Shown here: in pieces, positions 28,131 through 40,460 of the stretch
How the letters are laid out: the number at the start of each line of letters is the position of its first letter
Numbering within the stretch: position 1 is the stretch's first letter
Assembly: GCF_018350175.1 (NCBI RefSeq)
Contig: NC_058368.1
Location: 57,724,001 to 57,788,000, forward strand
Direction: 5' to 3'
Origin: Felis catus
Lineage: Eukaryota
Length of the DNA stretch: 64,000 bases
Position numbers and translations under genes: made by a program
The notes under the pieces: generated by a model
Seen by the model: the letters and a program-made list of their open reading frames with translations, nothing else
Told to the model about the DNA's origin: nothing
The model's database searches: none

Positions 28131-28396
28131 ATATAATTTTTTTCCTGGCTTGAGAATTGTTTTTTTTTTTTTATATGAAATTTATTGACAAATTGGTTTC
28201 CATACAACACCCAGTGCTCATCCCAAAAGGTGCCCTCCTCAATACCCATCACCCACCCTCTCCTCCCTCCCACACCCCATCAACCCTCAGTTTGTTCTCA
28301 GTTTTTAACAGTCTCTTATGCTTTGGCTCTCTCCCACTCTAACCTGTTTTTTTTTTTTTTTTCCTTCCCCTCCCCCATGGGTTCCTGTTAAGTTTC

Positions 28397-31300
28397 TCAG
28401 GATTCACATAAGAGTGAAACCATATGGTATCTGTCTTTCTCTGTATGGCTTATTTCACTTAGCATCACACTCTCCAGTTCCATCCACGTTGCTACAAAAG
28501 GCCATATTTCATCTTTTCTCATTGCCACGTAGTATTCCATTGTGTATATAAACCACAATTTCTTTATCTATTCATCAGTTGATGGACATTTAGGCTCTTT
28601 CCATAATTTGGCTATTGTTGAGAGTGCTGCTATGAACATTGGGGTACAAGTGGCCCTATGCATCAGTACTCCTGTATCCCTTGGATAAATTCCTAGCAGT
28701 GCTATTGCTGGGTCATAGGGTAGGTCTGTTTTTAATTTTCTGAGGAACCTCCACACTGCTTTCCAGAGCGGCTGCACCAATTTGCATTCCCACCAACAGT
28801 GCAAGAGGGTTCCCGTTTCTCCACATCCTCTCCAGCATCCATAGTCTCCTGATTTGTTCATTTTGGCCACTCTGACTGGCGTGAGGTGATACCTGAGTGT
28901 GATACCTGAGTGTGGTATTTCCCTGATAAGGAGTGACGCTAAACATCTTTTCATGTGCCTGTTGGCCATCCAGATGTCTTCTTTAGAGAAGTGTCTATTC
29001 ATGTTTTCTGCCCATTTCTTCACTGGGTTATTTGTTTTTCAGGTGTGGAGTTTGGTGAGCCCTTTATAGATTTTGGATACTAGCCCTTTGTCCGATATGT
29101 CATTTGCGAATATCTTTTCCCATTCCGTTGGTTGCCTTTTAGTTTTGTTGGTTGTTTCCTTTGCTGTGCAGAAGCTTTTTATCTTCATAAGGTCCCAGTA
29201 ATTCACTTTTGCTTTTAATTCTCTTGCCTTTGGGGATGTGTCAAGTAAGAGATTGCTACGGCTGAGGTCAGAGAGGTCTTTTCCTGCTTTCTCCTCTAAG
29301 GTTTTGATGGTTTCCTGTCTCACATTCAGGTCCTTTATCCATTTTGAGTTTATTTTTGTGAATGGTGTGAGAAAGTGGTCTAGTTTCAACCTTCTGCATG
29401 TTGCTGTCCAGTTCTCCCAGCACCATTTGTTAAAGAGGCTGTCTTTTTTCCATTGGATGTTCTTTCCTGCTTTGTCAAAGATGAGTTGGCCATAGGCTTG
29501 TGGGTCTAGTTCTGGGGTTTCTATTCTATTCCATTGGTCTATGTGTCTGTTTTTGTGCCAATACCATGCTGTCTTGATGATGACAGCTTTGTAGTAGAGG
29601 CTAAAGTCTGGGATTGTGATGCCTCCTGCTTTGGTCTTCTTCTTCAAAATTACTTTGGCTATTCGGGGCCTTTTGTGGTTCCATATGAATTTTAGGATTG
29701 CTTGTTCTAGTTTCGAGAAGAATGCTGGTGCAATTTTGATTGGGATTGCATTGAATGTGTAGATAGCTTTGGGTAGTATTGACATTTTGACAATATTTAT
29801 TTTTCCAATCCATGAGCAGGGAATGTCTTTTCATTTCTTTAAATCTTCTTCAATTTCCTTCATAAGCTTTCTATAGTTTTCAGCATACAGATCCTTTACA
29901 TCTTTGGTTAGGTTTATTCCTAGGTATTTTATGCTTCTTGGTGCAATTGTGAATGGGATCAGTTTCTTTGTCTTTCTGTTGCTTCATTGTTAGTGTATAA
30001 GAATGCAACTGATTTCTGTACATTGATTTTGTATCCTGCAACTTTGCTGAATTAATGTATCAGTTCTAGCAGACTTTTGGTGGAGTCTATCGGATTTTCC
30101 ATGTATAATATCATGTCATCTGCAAAAAGCAAAAGCTTGACTTCATCTTTGCCAATTTTGATGCCTTTGATTTCCTTTTGTTGTCTGATTGCTGATGCTA
30201 GAACTTCCAGCACTATGTTAAACAGCAGCAGTGAGAGTGGGCATCCCTGTCGTGTTCCTGATCTCAGGGAGAAAGCTCTCAGTTTTTCCCCGTTGAGGAT
30301 GATGTTAGCTGTGGGCTTTTCATACATGGCTTTTATGATCTTTAAGTATGTTCCTTCTATCCCGACTTTCTCAAGGGTTTTTATTAAGAAAGGGTGCTGG
30401 ATTTTGTCAAAGGCCTTTTCTGCATCGATTGACAGGATCATATGGTTCTTCTCTTTTTTTTTTTTGTTAATGTGGTGTATCACGTTGATTGATTTGCGAA
30501 TGTTGAACCAGCCCTGCATCCCAGGAATGAATCCCACTTGATCATGGTGAATAATTCTTTTTATATGCCGTTGAATTCGATTTGCTAGTATCTTATTGAG
30601 AATTTTTGCATCCATATTCATCAGGGATATTGGCCTGTAGTTCTCTTTTTTGACTGGGTCTCTGTCTGGTTTAGGAATCAAATTAATACTGGCTTCACAG
30701 AATGAGTCTGGAAGTTTTCCTTCCCTTTCTATTTCTTGGAATAGCTTGAGAAGGATAGGTATTATCTCTGCTTTAAACGTCTGGTACAACTCCCCTGGGA
30801 ACCCATCTGGTCCTGGACTCTTATTTGTTGGGAGATTTTTGATAACCGATTCAATTTCTTCGCTGGTTATGGGTCTGTTCAAGCTTTCTATTTCCTCCTG
30901 ATTGAGTTTTGGAAGAGTGTGGGTGTTCAGGAATTTGTCCATTTCTTCCAGGTTGTCCAATTTGTTGGCATATAATTTTTCATAGTATTCCCTGATAATT
31001 GTTTGTATCTCTGAGGGATTGGTTGTAATAATTCCATTTTCATTCATGATTTTATCTATTTGGGTCATCTCCCTTTTCTTTTTGAGAAGCCTGGCTAGAG
31101 GTTTGTCAATTTTGTTTATTTTTTCAAAAAAACAACTCTTGGTTTCGTTGATCTGCTCTACAGTTTTTTTAGATTCTATATTGTTTATATCTGCTCTGAT
31201 CTTTATTATTTCTCTTCTTCTGCTGGGTTTAGGCTGCCTTTGCTGTTCTGCTTCTAGTCCCTTTAGGTGTGCTGTTAGATTTTGTATTTGGGATTTTTCT

Positions 31301-32223
31301 TGTTTCTTGAGATAGGCCTGGATTGCAATGTATTTTCCTCTCAGGACTGCCTTCGCTGCGCCCCTAAGCATTTGGATTGTTGTATTTTCATTTTCGTTTG
31401 TTTCCATATATTGTTTAATTTCTTCTCTAATTGCCTGGTTGACCCACTCATTCGTTAGTAGGGTGTTCTTTAACCTCCATGCTTTTGGAGGTTTTCCAGA
31501 CTTTTTTCTGTGGTTGATTTCAAGCTTCATAGCATTGTGGTCTGAAAGTATGCATGGTATGATTTCGATTCTGGTAAACTTATGAAGGGCTGTTTTGTGA
31601 CCCAGTATATGATCTATCTTGGAGAATGTTCCATGTGCACTCGAGAAGAAAGTATATTCTGTTGCTTTGGGATGCAGAGTTCTAAATATATCTGTCAAGT
31701 CTATCTGATCCAATGTCTCATTCAGGGCCCTTGTTTCTTTATTGACTGTGTGTCTAGATGATCTGTCCATTTCTGTAAGTGGGGTGTTCAAGTCCCCTGC
31801 AATTACCACATTCTTATCAATAAGGTTGCTTATGTTTATGAGTAATTGTTTTATATATTTGGGGGCTCCGGTATTCGGCGCATAGACATTTATAATTGTT
31901 AGCTCTTCCTGATGGATAGACCCTGTAACTATTATATAATGTCCTTCTTCATCTCTTGTTACAGCCTTTAATTTAAAGTCTAGTTTGTCTGATATAAGTA
32001 TGGCTACTCCAGCTTTCTTTTGGCTTCCAGTCGCATGATAAATAGTTCTCCATCCCTTCATTCTCAATCTAAAGGTGTCCTCAGGTCTAAAATGAGTCTC
32101 TTGTAGACAGCAAATAGATAGGTCTTGTTTTTTTATCCATTCTGATACCCTATGTCTTTTGGTTGGCGCATTTAATCCATTTACATTCAGTGTTATTATA
32201 GAAAGATACGGGTTTGGAGTCAT
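28397..32223 (-). pseudogene. L1 ORF2 (endonuclease/reverse transcriptase), disrupted
   Basis: ATG at 32223 ([18 protein letters not shown]). Open to a premature TAA at 30052-30054, then a frameshift near 29965 and stops at 29039 and 28568. Confidence 0.95.
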
Positions 32224-32273
32224 TGTGATGTCTGTATGTTTTATGCTTGTAGTGATGTCTCTGGGACTTTGTC

Positions 32274-33166
32274 TCACAGGGTCCCCCTTAGGATCTCTTG
32301 TAGGGCTGGTTTAGTGGTGACAAATTCCTTCAGTTTTTGTTTGTTTGGGAAGACCTTTATCTCTCCTTCTATTCTAAATGACAGACTTGCTGGATAAAGG
32401 ATTCTTGGCTGCATATTTTTTCTGTCTAGCACCCTGAAAATCTCGTGCCAATTCTTTCTGGCCTGCCAAGTTTCAAAAGAGAGATCAGTCACGAGTCTTA
32501 TAGGTCTCCCTTTATATGTGAGGGCACGTTTACCCCTTGCTGCTTTCAGAACTTTCTCTTTATCCTTGTATTTTGCCAGTTTCACTATGATATGTCGTGC
32601 AGAAGATCGATTCAAGTTACGTCTGAAGGGAGTTCTCTGTGCCTCTTGGATTTCAATGACTTTTTCCTTCCCCAGTTCAGGGAAGTTCTCAGCTATTATT
32701 TCTTCAATACCCCTTCAGCACCTTTCCCTCTCTCTTCCTCCTCTGGGATACTAATTATGCGTATATTATTTCTTTTTAGTGTATCACATAGTTCTCTAAT
32801 TTTCCCCTCATACTCCTGGATTTTTTTATCTCTCTTTTTCTCAGCTTCCTCTTTTTCCATAACTTTATCTTCTAGTTCACCTATTCTCTCCTCTGCCTCT
32901 TCAAGCCGAGCTGTGGTGGTTTCCATTTTGTTATGCATTTCGTTTAAAGCATTTTTCAGCTCCTCGTGACTGTTCCTTAGTCCCTTGATCTCTGTAGCAA
33001 GAGATTCTCTGCTGTCCTGTATACTGTTTTCAAGCCCAGCGATTAATTTTATGACTATTATTCTAAATTCACTTTCTGTTATATTATTTAAATCCTTTTT
33101 GATCAGCTCATTAGCTGTTGTTATTTCCTGGAGATTCTTCTGAGGGGAATTCTTCCGCTTGGTCAT
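32274..33166 (-). pseudogene. L1 ORF1 (RNA-binding/coiled-coil protein), frameshifted
   Basis: MTKRKNSPQ... to ...[10 protein letters not shown] 1-bp deletion near 32707 relative to copy B. Confidence 0.95.
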
Positions 33167-34093
33167 TTTGGATAGTCCCTGGCGTGGTGAGGACCTGCAG
33201 GGCACTTCCCCTGTGCTGTGGCGTATAACTGGAGTTGGTGGGCGGGGCTGCCGTCCGACCTGATGTCTGCCCCCAGCCCACCGCTGGGGCCACAGTCCGA
33301 CTGGTGTGTGCCTTCTCTTCCCCTCTCCTAGGGGTGGGATTCACTGTGGGGTGGTGTGGCCCGTCTGGGCTACTTGCACACTGCCAGGCTTGTGATGCTG
33401 GGGATCTGGCGTATTAGCTGGGGTGGGTAGGCAAGGTGCACAGGGGCAGGAGGGCCAGGCTTAGATCGCTTCTCCTTAGGTGATCCTCTTCAGGGGGGGC
33501 CCTGTGGCAGCGGGAGGGAGTCAGATCCGCTGCCAGAGGTTTGGCTCCGCAGAAGCACAGAGTTGGGTGTTTGTGTGGAGCCAGCAAGTTCCCTGGCAGG
33601 AACTGGTTCTCTTTGGGATTTTGGCTGGGGGATGGGCGGGGGAGATGGTGCTGGCGAGCGCCTTTTTTCCCCACCAAACTGAGCTCTGTTGTCAGGGGGC
33701 TCAGCAGCTCTCCCTCCCTTTGTCCTCGAGCCTTCCCGCTTTCCGAGCAGAGCTGTTAACTTATGACCTCCCAGAGGCTAAGTCGCGCTTGTTGTGGGAA
33801 CACAGTCCGTCAGGCCCCTCCGCTTTTGCAAGCCAGACTCGGGGGCTCTGCTTGGCCGGCGAGCCGCCCCTCCTCCCCGGCTCCCTCCCACCAGTCCGTG
33901 GAGCGCGCACTGCCTCGCCGCCCTTCCTACCCTCTTCTGTGGGCCTCTCGTCTGCGTTTGGCTCCAGAGACTCCGTTCTGCTAATCCTCTGGCGGTTTTC
34001 TGGGTTATTTAGGCAGGTGTAGGTGGAATCTAAGTGATCAGCAGGAAGCGCGGTGAGCCCAGCGTCCTCCTAAGCCGCCATCTTGCCGCTTCC
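33167..34093 (-). promoter_or_regulatory. L1 5'UTR internal promoter, CpG-rich, with YY1-type motif
   Basis: AAGATGGCG on - strand (cgccatctt at 34076-34084). High GC against an AT-rich background. Confidence 0.8.
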
Positions 34094-34294
34094 TGTTCAG
34101 TTAATTATCCTCTCTGAACTTCAGTTTTCTCACCCAAATCCAGAATTCCGAAAATATTTTTAAATATAAATCAAAAGAAATTATAGTGGGAAACTTTTTT
34201 ATATAGGTAGAAATAATTTGTATATATCAATCAACTTGAACAAAATGTAAAGGTATACAGATATCCTTGGAGAAAATGCTACATGTGAGCTACT

Positions 34295-34640
34295 AGTGAG
34301 AGAGGATTATCTTCCAAAATAAATGATCCCAAAAACTTGGTGGCTCAAGTAATAAGTTTAGTGCATTCTTACTTATCTGTTCAAAGTACATGGAAAATAG
34401 GAGGTGGAGGGCTCTTCATTTCATGCAACATTCAGGGATTGCAGATCTTTTAGACCAGTGGCTTCATAAGCCTGCAAGCCTTCTTCCTCAGTTGTGGGTT
34501 CACAGATATGGCCAACAATGCAGAGAATGCTCTTAACCACATTCAGAAGTGATTAATATCACTTTCTCTCACAATTCAAGTTTGGAAAACATTATGATGG
34601 TCTTACCTAATGGTGAGGAAAACAGAAAATATCTCTAGCA
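34295..34640 (-). mobile_element. Old MLT1-like MaLR LTR
   Basis: aaatgatcccaaaaacttggtggctcaagtaataag...cattcagggattgcag motifs. Confidence 0.45.
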
Positions 34641-34714
34641 CTTTGTGATGCTATTTGTTCATATCAAACATTGTGCTGCTATTTGTTCATATATATATAT
34701 ATATATATATATAT

Positions 34715-35715
34715 AATTCAATAATGAATAAAACAAGAAATCTGATTTTAAAAATGGACAGAAGAAATGAGTAGACATTTTTTTCCAAAGAAAACATACA
34801 AATGGCCAACCGATATATAAAAATGTGCTCAACATCACTGTCATCAGAAGAATCCAAATCAAAACCACAATGAGGAATCACCTCATTCCTGTTAGAATGG
34901 TTATTATCAAGATGACTAGAAATAATAAGTGTTGGTGAGGATGTGGAGAAAAGGGAACTATATGCACTGCAGGTGAAAATGTGAATTGGTGCAGTCACTG
35001 TATATAACAGTATGGAAGTACCTCAAAAATTAAAAACATAACCACTATATGATCAGCAATTCCATTTCTGGGTATATATACTAGAGAAATAAAAACAGAA
35101 TATCTAAAAGATATCTACAGTTTCCTGCTCATTGCAATGTTACAATAGCCAAGATAAAAAGCTTAAGTGTCTGTCAACAAGTGAATGGATAAAGAAGAGC
35201 TGGTACATATGTACACAATGGAATATCATTCAGCCATGAGAAAACAGGAATTCCTGGCATTTACAACAACATGGATGAAATTTCAGGGCATTACTCTAAG
35301 TGAAATAAGCCAGACATAGAAAGACAAATATGGCATAGTATCACTTATATGTGGTATCTAAATAATGTCAAGCTCATAGAAACAAAGATTAGAAAAGAAG
35401 TTGCCAACGGACATGGGGAAATAGTGAAGGACTAATAACATTTATCTAGATGAATAAGGTCTGAGGATCTAATATATATAGTAAGGTGACTATAGTTGAC
35501 AACACTATATTGCATAATTGAAATTTGCTAAGAGGGTAAAACTTACATTTTCTCAATGAAAATAATATATAATATGTGAAGTCATAGAGTGTTAGTTAAC
35601 TAAAAGGGGAGAATCTTTTCACATATATACATATATCAAATCATTATGATGTACACTTAAAATACCTTAAAGCTTTGTCCATTACATCTCAGTAAAGCTA
35701 AAAGAAAATAAAGGA
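34715..35715 (+). mobile_element. L1MA/MB-type 3' fragment
   Basis: Late ORF2 (aaaaccacaatgag...) and 3'UTR (ggtgactatagttgacaacac...gaaatttgctaagag). Confidence 0.85.
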
Positions 35716-35765
35716 AATATACAGGAAATGTTAAAGCACAACTGGAATAAAAAATATAACAGATA

Positions 35766-35792
35766 TTTTTAAAAGTTTATTTATTTATTTTT

Positions 35793-35833
<41 letters not shown>

Positions 35834-36002
35834 GGCAGGAGGGGCACAGAGAGAAAGAGAAAGTGAGACGATCTCAAGCAGGCTCTCAGCTGTCAATGCA
35901 GAGCCCAACACAATGCAGAGCTCTATCTGACAAACTTTGAGATCATGACCTAACTGAAATCAAGAGTCAAACCCTTAACCAACTGAGCCACCCAGGTGCC
36001 CC
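35766..36002 (-). mobile_element. Can-SINE with (GA)n expansion
   Basis: Ends ctgagccacccaggtgcccc. TSD aacagatattttt/aacagacattttt. Confidence 0.9.
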
Positions 36003-36239
36003 TAAAACAGACATTTTTATTCCCTCATACTTACAAGAATTTTTACAGTGGGATTTCTAAGACATATATATATATATAATATATAATGATATATATATCA
36101 TTAAATAATATATAATGATCATCATATAAATAATATGTAATGACATAATATAATGATATTATATATATATATATATATGTATTCATTGTCGGTTCATCTC
36201 CACAAAATAATATCTCATATAATTATTGTATTTAATAAT

Positions 36240-37520
36240 TTAAGTGTGTACTTTCTGCCATACAACATAGTAAATAGCAAATACTTGTTCACAATTAGAA
36301 ACAAGGTAGATACAATCTCTAGTCTTATGACCCTATGTTGTAGTAAAAGAAAAAGCAAAAATTTGTGTGAATTAAGACAAAATGAAACAAAACAAACATA
36401 AAACTCCACAGAACAATGGTAAATTGTATTAAGTATAAGGAAACAAGTGCTACCTGGAAATCCAGAGAGTAACAGGAAGCTATGATATCACTGGGGTTAT
36501 TATGGTTAACTCCAAAAGGTAAGAAGCAAATGGGCCTAAATCCAGAAGGCTATTTCAGGCAAAGGGAATGAATAGGCAGGGCAAGACCTTGCTGCTGGAT
36601 GGGGATTGGTGGGTTCTAGAAACTGACACAGTGTGGTAGCTGAAGCAGAGTAAGACAGGGTGAACTGTCAGAAATGAAGTTTGAGAAAGAAGCTGGAGCT
36701 GGGTCACTGGGCCACGTTAAGGAATTTGGATAGTATTCAAAATCTAATGGAAAGCTATTACAAGACTTTAAGAAGGTGACCGACATGATGTAAATTACAT
36801 TTTTTTGAAAATTACTTTCCAGCAAAGAATGTATTAGAAAGTCACTGGAGAAAACAGTTGAGAGGCCATGGCAATAGTCCAACAATTGATTGTGGCTTGG
36901 CCAAGAGTGGTATCAGCAGAGATGAGAGAAGTAAAATAAATCAGAATATGGTGCAGAGTCATAAAGGACAGAGTTTGACATTGAATTGGATGTGAGGGTG
37001 ACATGGTGGAAGTAAAGTATGACTGTTATCCCTGACTTCGGTCTTTGGGTGGATTTTATTGCCTTTCACTAAGGAAAAACAAATGGTGAGAAACAATTTG
37101 AAGTAAAAATGAGAACTTCATTTTAGAGATATTAAATTTGAAACAGCTCAGAGACATCAAATTAGATAAATCAATTAAATTTGGAATGTGAGTTTGGAAT
37201 TTACAATATAAGTCTGGCAGCAGGAGTACATTCAAAAGTTATAAGTGTAAAACTATACAAAATACAGGATAATGGGGGGAAGTCATGAAGAGACCACGGA
37301 GGCACTTTAATATTTTAAGGTCAGGTAGAGGGTGGGGAATATTCATGTAAGTAGACAAAGAAACAACAGCCTTTATTGTTTGAGGAAAAGTAGGATCACG
37401 TACTATCATGGAAACAGTGAAGATCATCTTTTTAAAGTCAACTGTTTGAAATGTTCTGAGAATTGAAATTAAGGTAAGAATGGAAAATATCTTTTGTATT
37501 TGGCAATAAAAAGATCATTG
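36240..37520 (-). mobile_element. L2 remnants
   Basis: gggccacgttaaggaatttgga...aatggaaagctatt...gacatgatgtaaattacattttt motifs. Confidence 0.65.
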
Positions 37521-38017
37521 TTGACATTTATAAGAAGCAATAATGAAAGAATTATAAATTGGTATGAGCTATTTTTGTTATAGAAGTCTTATGAATATAA
37601 GAACAGTTCATACCTAAGTACCCAAGTAAGTCCTTTAAGGATATCATCAAGAAAAAGAATCAGAAATGTCTAGAGAGCTTTGTATACAACCCCATTTTTC
37701 AGTTATTTCTAATACACAAAGTGGCAAACCACCTAATTTCCGATAAGAGGGTTAGTTTAAAATGCGTAGTGATAAAGTAGAGAAGTATTAAGTTATTAAA
37801 ATCATTTGTTAGAACAATAGCTGATTATATTTAATGCAGCTTTTATATGCAGTTTTTAAAGGCCACAAAATGATATTTAAACTAGGAGTTTGTATAAATA
37901 TATCTCTACCCATCAAATCAACTAGCCATCCTTTGCTTATTAACTGAATTGTGTCCACTATTATTTATTTCTATTACTATTTATCTTGGCTTGGGCAATT
38001 GTTGCCTTATACATTCA

Positions 38018-38020
<3 letters not shown>

Positions 38021-38066
<46 letters not shown>
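38021..38066. repeat. (GT)n microsatellite
   Basis: About 23 perfect GT units. Confidence 0.97.
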
Positions 38067-38068
<2 letters not shown>

Positions 38069-39944
38069 TCATGATAGTTAACCTTTTTTTAAATTGTACA
38101 TAATATCCTTTAGCTTTGATTTCTCACTGCATTCTTCTATGTTGTTTGATTTTAAATTGCTGTCTCCAGTTTTTTGGTTTATGCTTCCCTGCATAATTTC
38201 TTCATTTCTTTAGTTTTCCCTCATTTTTTGTATAGATATTTGCTTTACTATGTTTCTTGTGGACAATTTGATAGATCTGATTGTGTGCGCGCACACGTGT
38301 GTGTGTGTTTGTATGATTCATTTCTTGATTTTATGGTATATCTTAAATAAAATTTTTATAGTGATAATGATATAACATTTTTGCTCTTACATATGCTTTC
38401 TGTGTATATTATTTTTGTCTTTCTCTTTCTTGACTTTCATTGGATGGGCTTACTGTTCTGTTGTGTTGCTTTGAAAATCATGAATTCAATACAAATTTTT
38501 CTTGTAGTTCCCTAACTTTGTGAAACTTATGTTTTTATATCTTTATCACTTACTTAAATTTGTGGAATTAGACACAGATATTCTTACAGCAAACAACTAT
38601 GTGAAAACACTTTCATCTCCCTCTTATTTCCCCATCTTCTTTCTACCATCATTACTAATGCATTACTGTTGTCAGTTCTGAAATACAATATAATATTTGG
38701 GCATTGAAACACTTGAAGAAAACAATATTTTACTAAGCTATTTACATATCATTTTCCCCCATATAGACCTTTATCTTAATGTTTCTGTACTTGAAGGAGT
38801 ATGTATTTTAAGACTAGGCTAATTTTTTTCTCAGTTTTCATGGGCCAGACCTAGTTTACCCTCTGAACAGTACAATTTTAAATATTAAATGATTAATTAA
38901 TAATTATTTTTCTCATTAAAAATTAATTCTAGTAAATGCCATAGTTTGGATAATAAATCATATGATTATCCTATTTAAGAATTTTCAAAGAGGATACAAT
39001 TAAGCATTCTGATACACTGTATTCCCAGAATAATTTCCCCTTTCAATTAAGTGAGACTTCTACTGGATATAAACTATAGGTTTGAGGTTAACTCATTTGG
39101 CATTTTGAAGATTTTACTTTGAAGTGGTCCTGTATGTTTCACTGATGATGTTGAAGTCATTTGTCAATCTAAGCTTAGACCTTTTGTAGGGAAACTGCTT
39201 CTTTCAGAAATCTTTTAGAAGGTTTTGAATTTTACATTATAAAGTTTAAATGAAATGTGCTCAGTTGTGGGCAGAACAGAAGAAATGTGCTCATTCCTCA
39301 TTTTTTAAATAAATTAATTGAAATATAATTGCTATATAAAAACTGTACACATTTAATGTACACTGTTGATAGATTTGAACATATGTAGTCACCTATGAAA
39401 CCATTACTGCAATCAAGGCAATAAATATGTTCATCACCTTCAAAAGTTTCTTCCCATCCACGTGTTTCTGTATTTAAGAAGACAACTTGAGATTCTTAAA
39501 TGCTTTAGTGCACAATACAGCTTTAACTATTGGTTCTATGTTATATAGCAGATATCTAGAAATTATTTATTATTGAGTGAAAGAAACTCTGTAGGTGTTG
39601 AATATAAAACCACCATTCTCCTTCTCCTCCAGACTCTGTCAGCCACCATTCTATTCTCTGTTAATATGAGGTTGAAGTAGAATCATGTAACATTTGTCCT
39701 TCTGCTTTTGGCATCCAAGTCTCCCCATAGGGCAGGATTCCCTTCTTATTTTAAGGTTGAATAATATTCTCTTGTATGTATATACCACGTTTTATCTATT
39801 CACCCAACAAATATTTGGATTGCTTCCATTTCTTGACTATCGTGAGTAATAATGGGAGAGCATATATCTCTGACTTCAATTCTTTTGAATATATATTCAG
39901 ATGTGGAATTGCTGAATCATATAGTGGTTCTATTTTTAAATTTG

Positions 39945-40155
39945 TTTTTTTTCAATGTTTATTTATTTTTGGGACAGAGAGAGACAGAGCATGAACGGGG
40001 GAGGGGCAGAGAGAGAGGGAGACACAGAATCGGAAACAGGCTCCAGGCTCTGAGCCATCAGCCCAGAGCCTGACGCGGGGCTCGAACTCACGGACCGCGA
40101 GATCGTGACCTGGCTGAAGTCGGACGCTTAACCGACTGCGCCACCCAGGCGCCCC
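39945..40155 (-). mobile_element. Very young feline Can-SINE
   Basis: All CpGs intact. Near-identical to the copy at 43011. TSD approximately tattttta(a)atttgtt. Confidence 0.97.
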
Positions 40156-40267
40156 ATATTTTTAATTTGTTAAGGAAGCTCCATACTGTTTTCCACAAAG
40201 GCTGTACCATTTTACATTCTCACCAACAATGTACAAGTGTTCTAACTTCTCCATATTCTCACTAAAA

Positions 40268-40460
40268 TTTATATATATATAACATATTTATATATTATAT
40301 ATAATATATATTTTATATATAATTTATATTACTTATATATTATATATTATATATAATATATATTATATATCATATATTATATATATTATATATAAATTTA
40401 TATTATTTATATATTATATATATAAAATATATATTATATAATATGTAAGTTATATATAAT
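40268..40460. repeat. TA-rich low-complexity expansion
   Basis: About 190 bp, almost purely A/T. Confidence 0.95.

Larger units (their letters stand above)
28160..34093 (-). mobile_element. Young full-length feline LINE-1 (copy A), inactivated
   Basis: GC/CpG-rich 5'UTR, ORF1, ORF2 (endonuclease, RT with FADD, Cys-rich C-terminus), G-rich 3'UTR, AATAAA and poly(A) (poly-T at 28160-28172). Confidence 0.98.

Noticed and set aside
30077..32969. Several 80-170 aa ORFs antisense to L1 ORF1/ORF2 (also in copy B)
   Set aside because: Expected shadow frames of A-rich L1 coding sequence.
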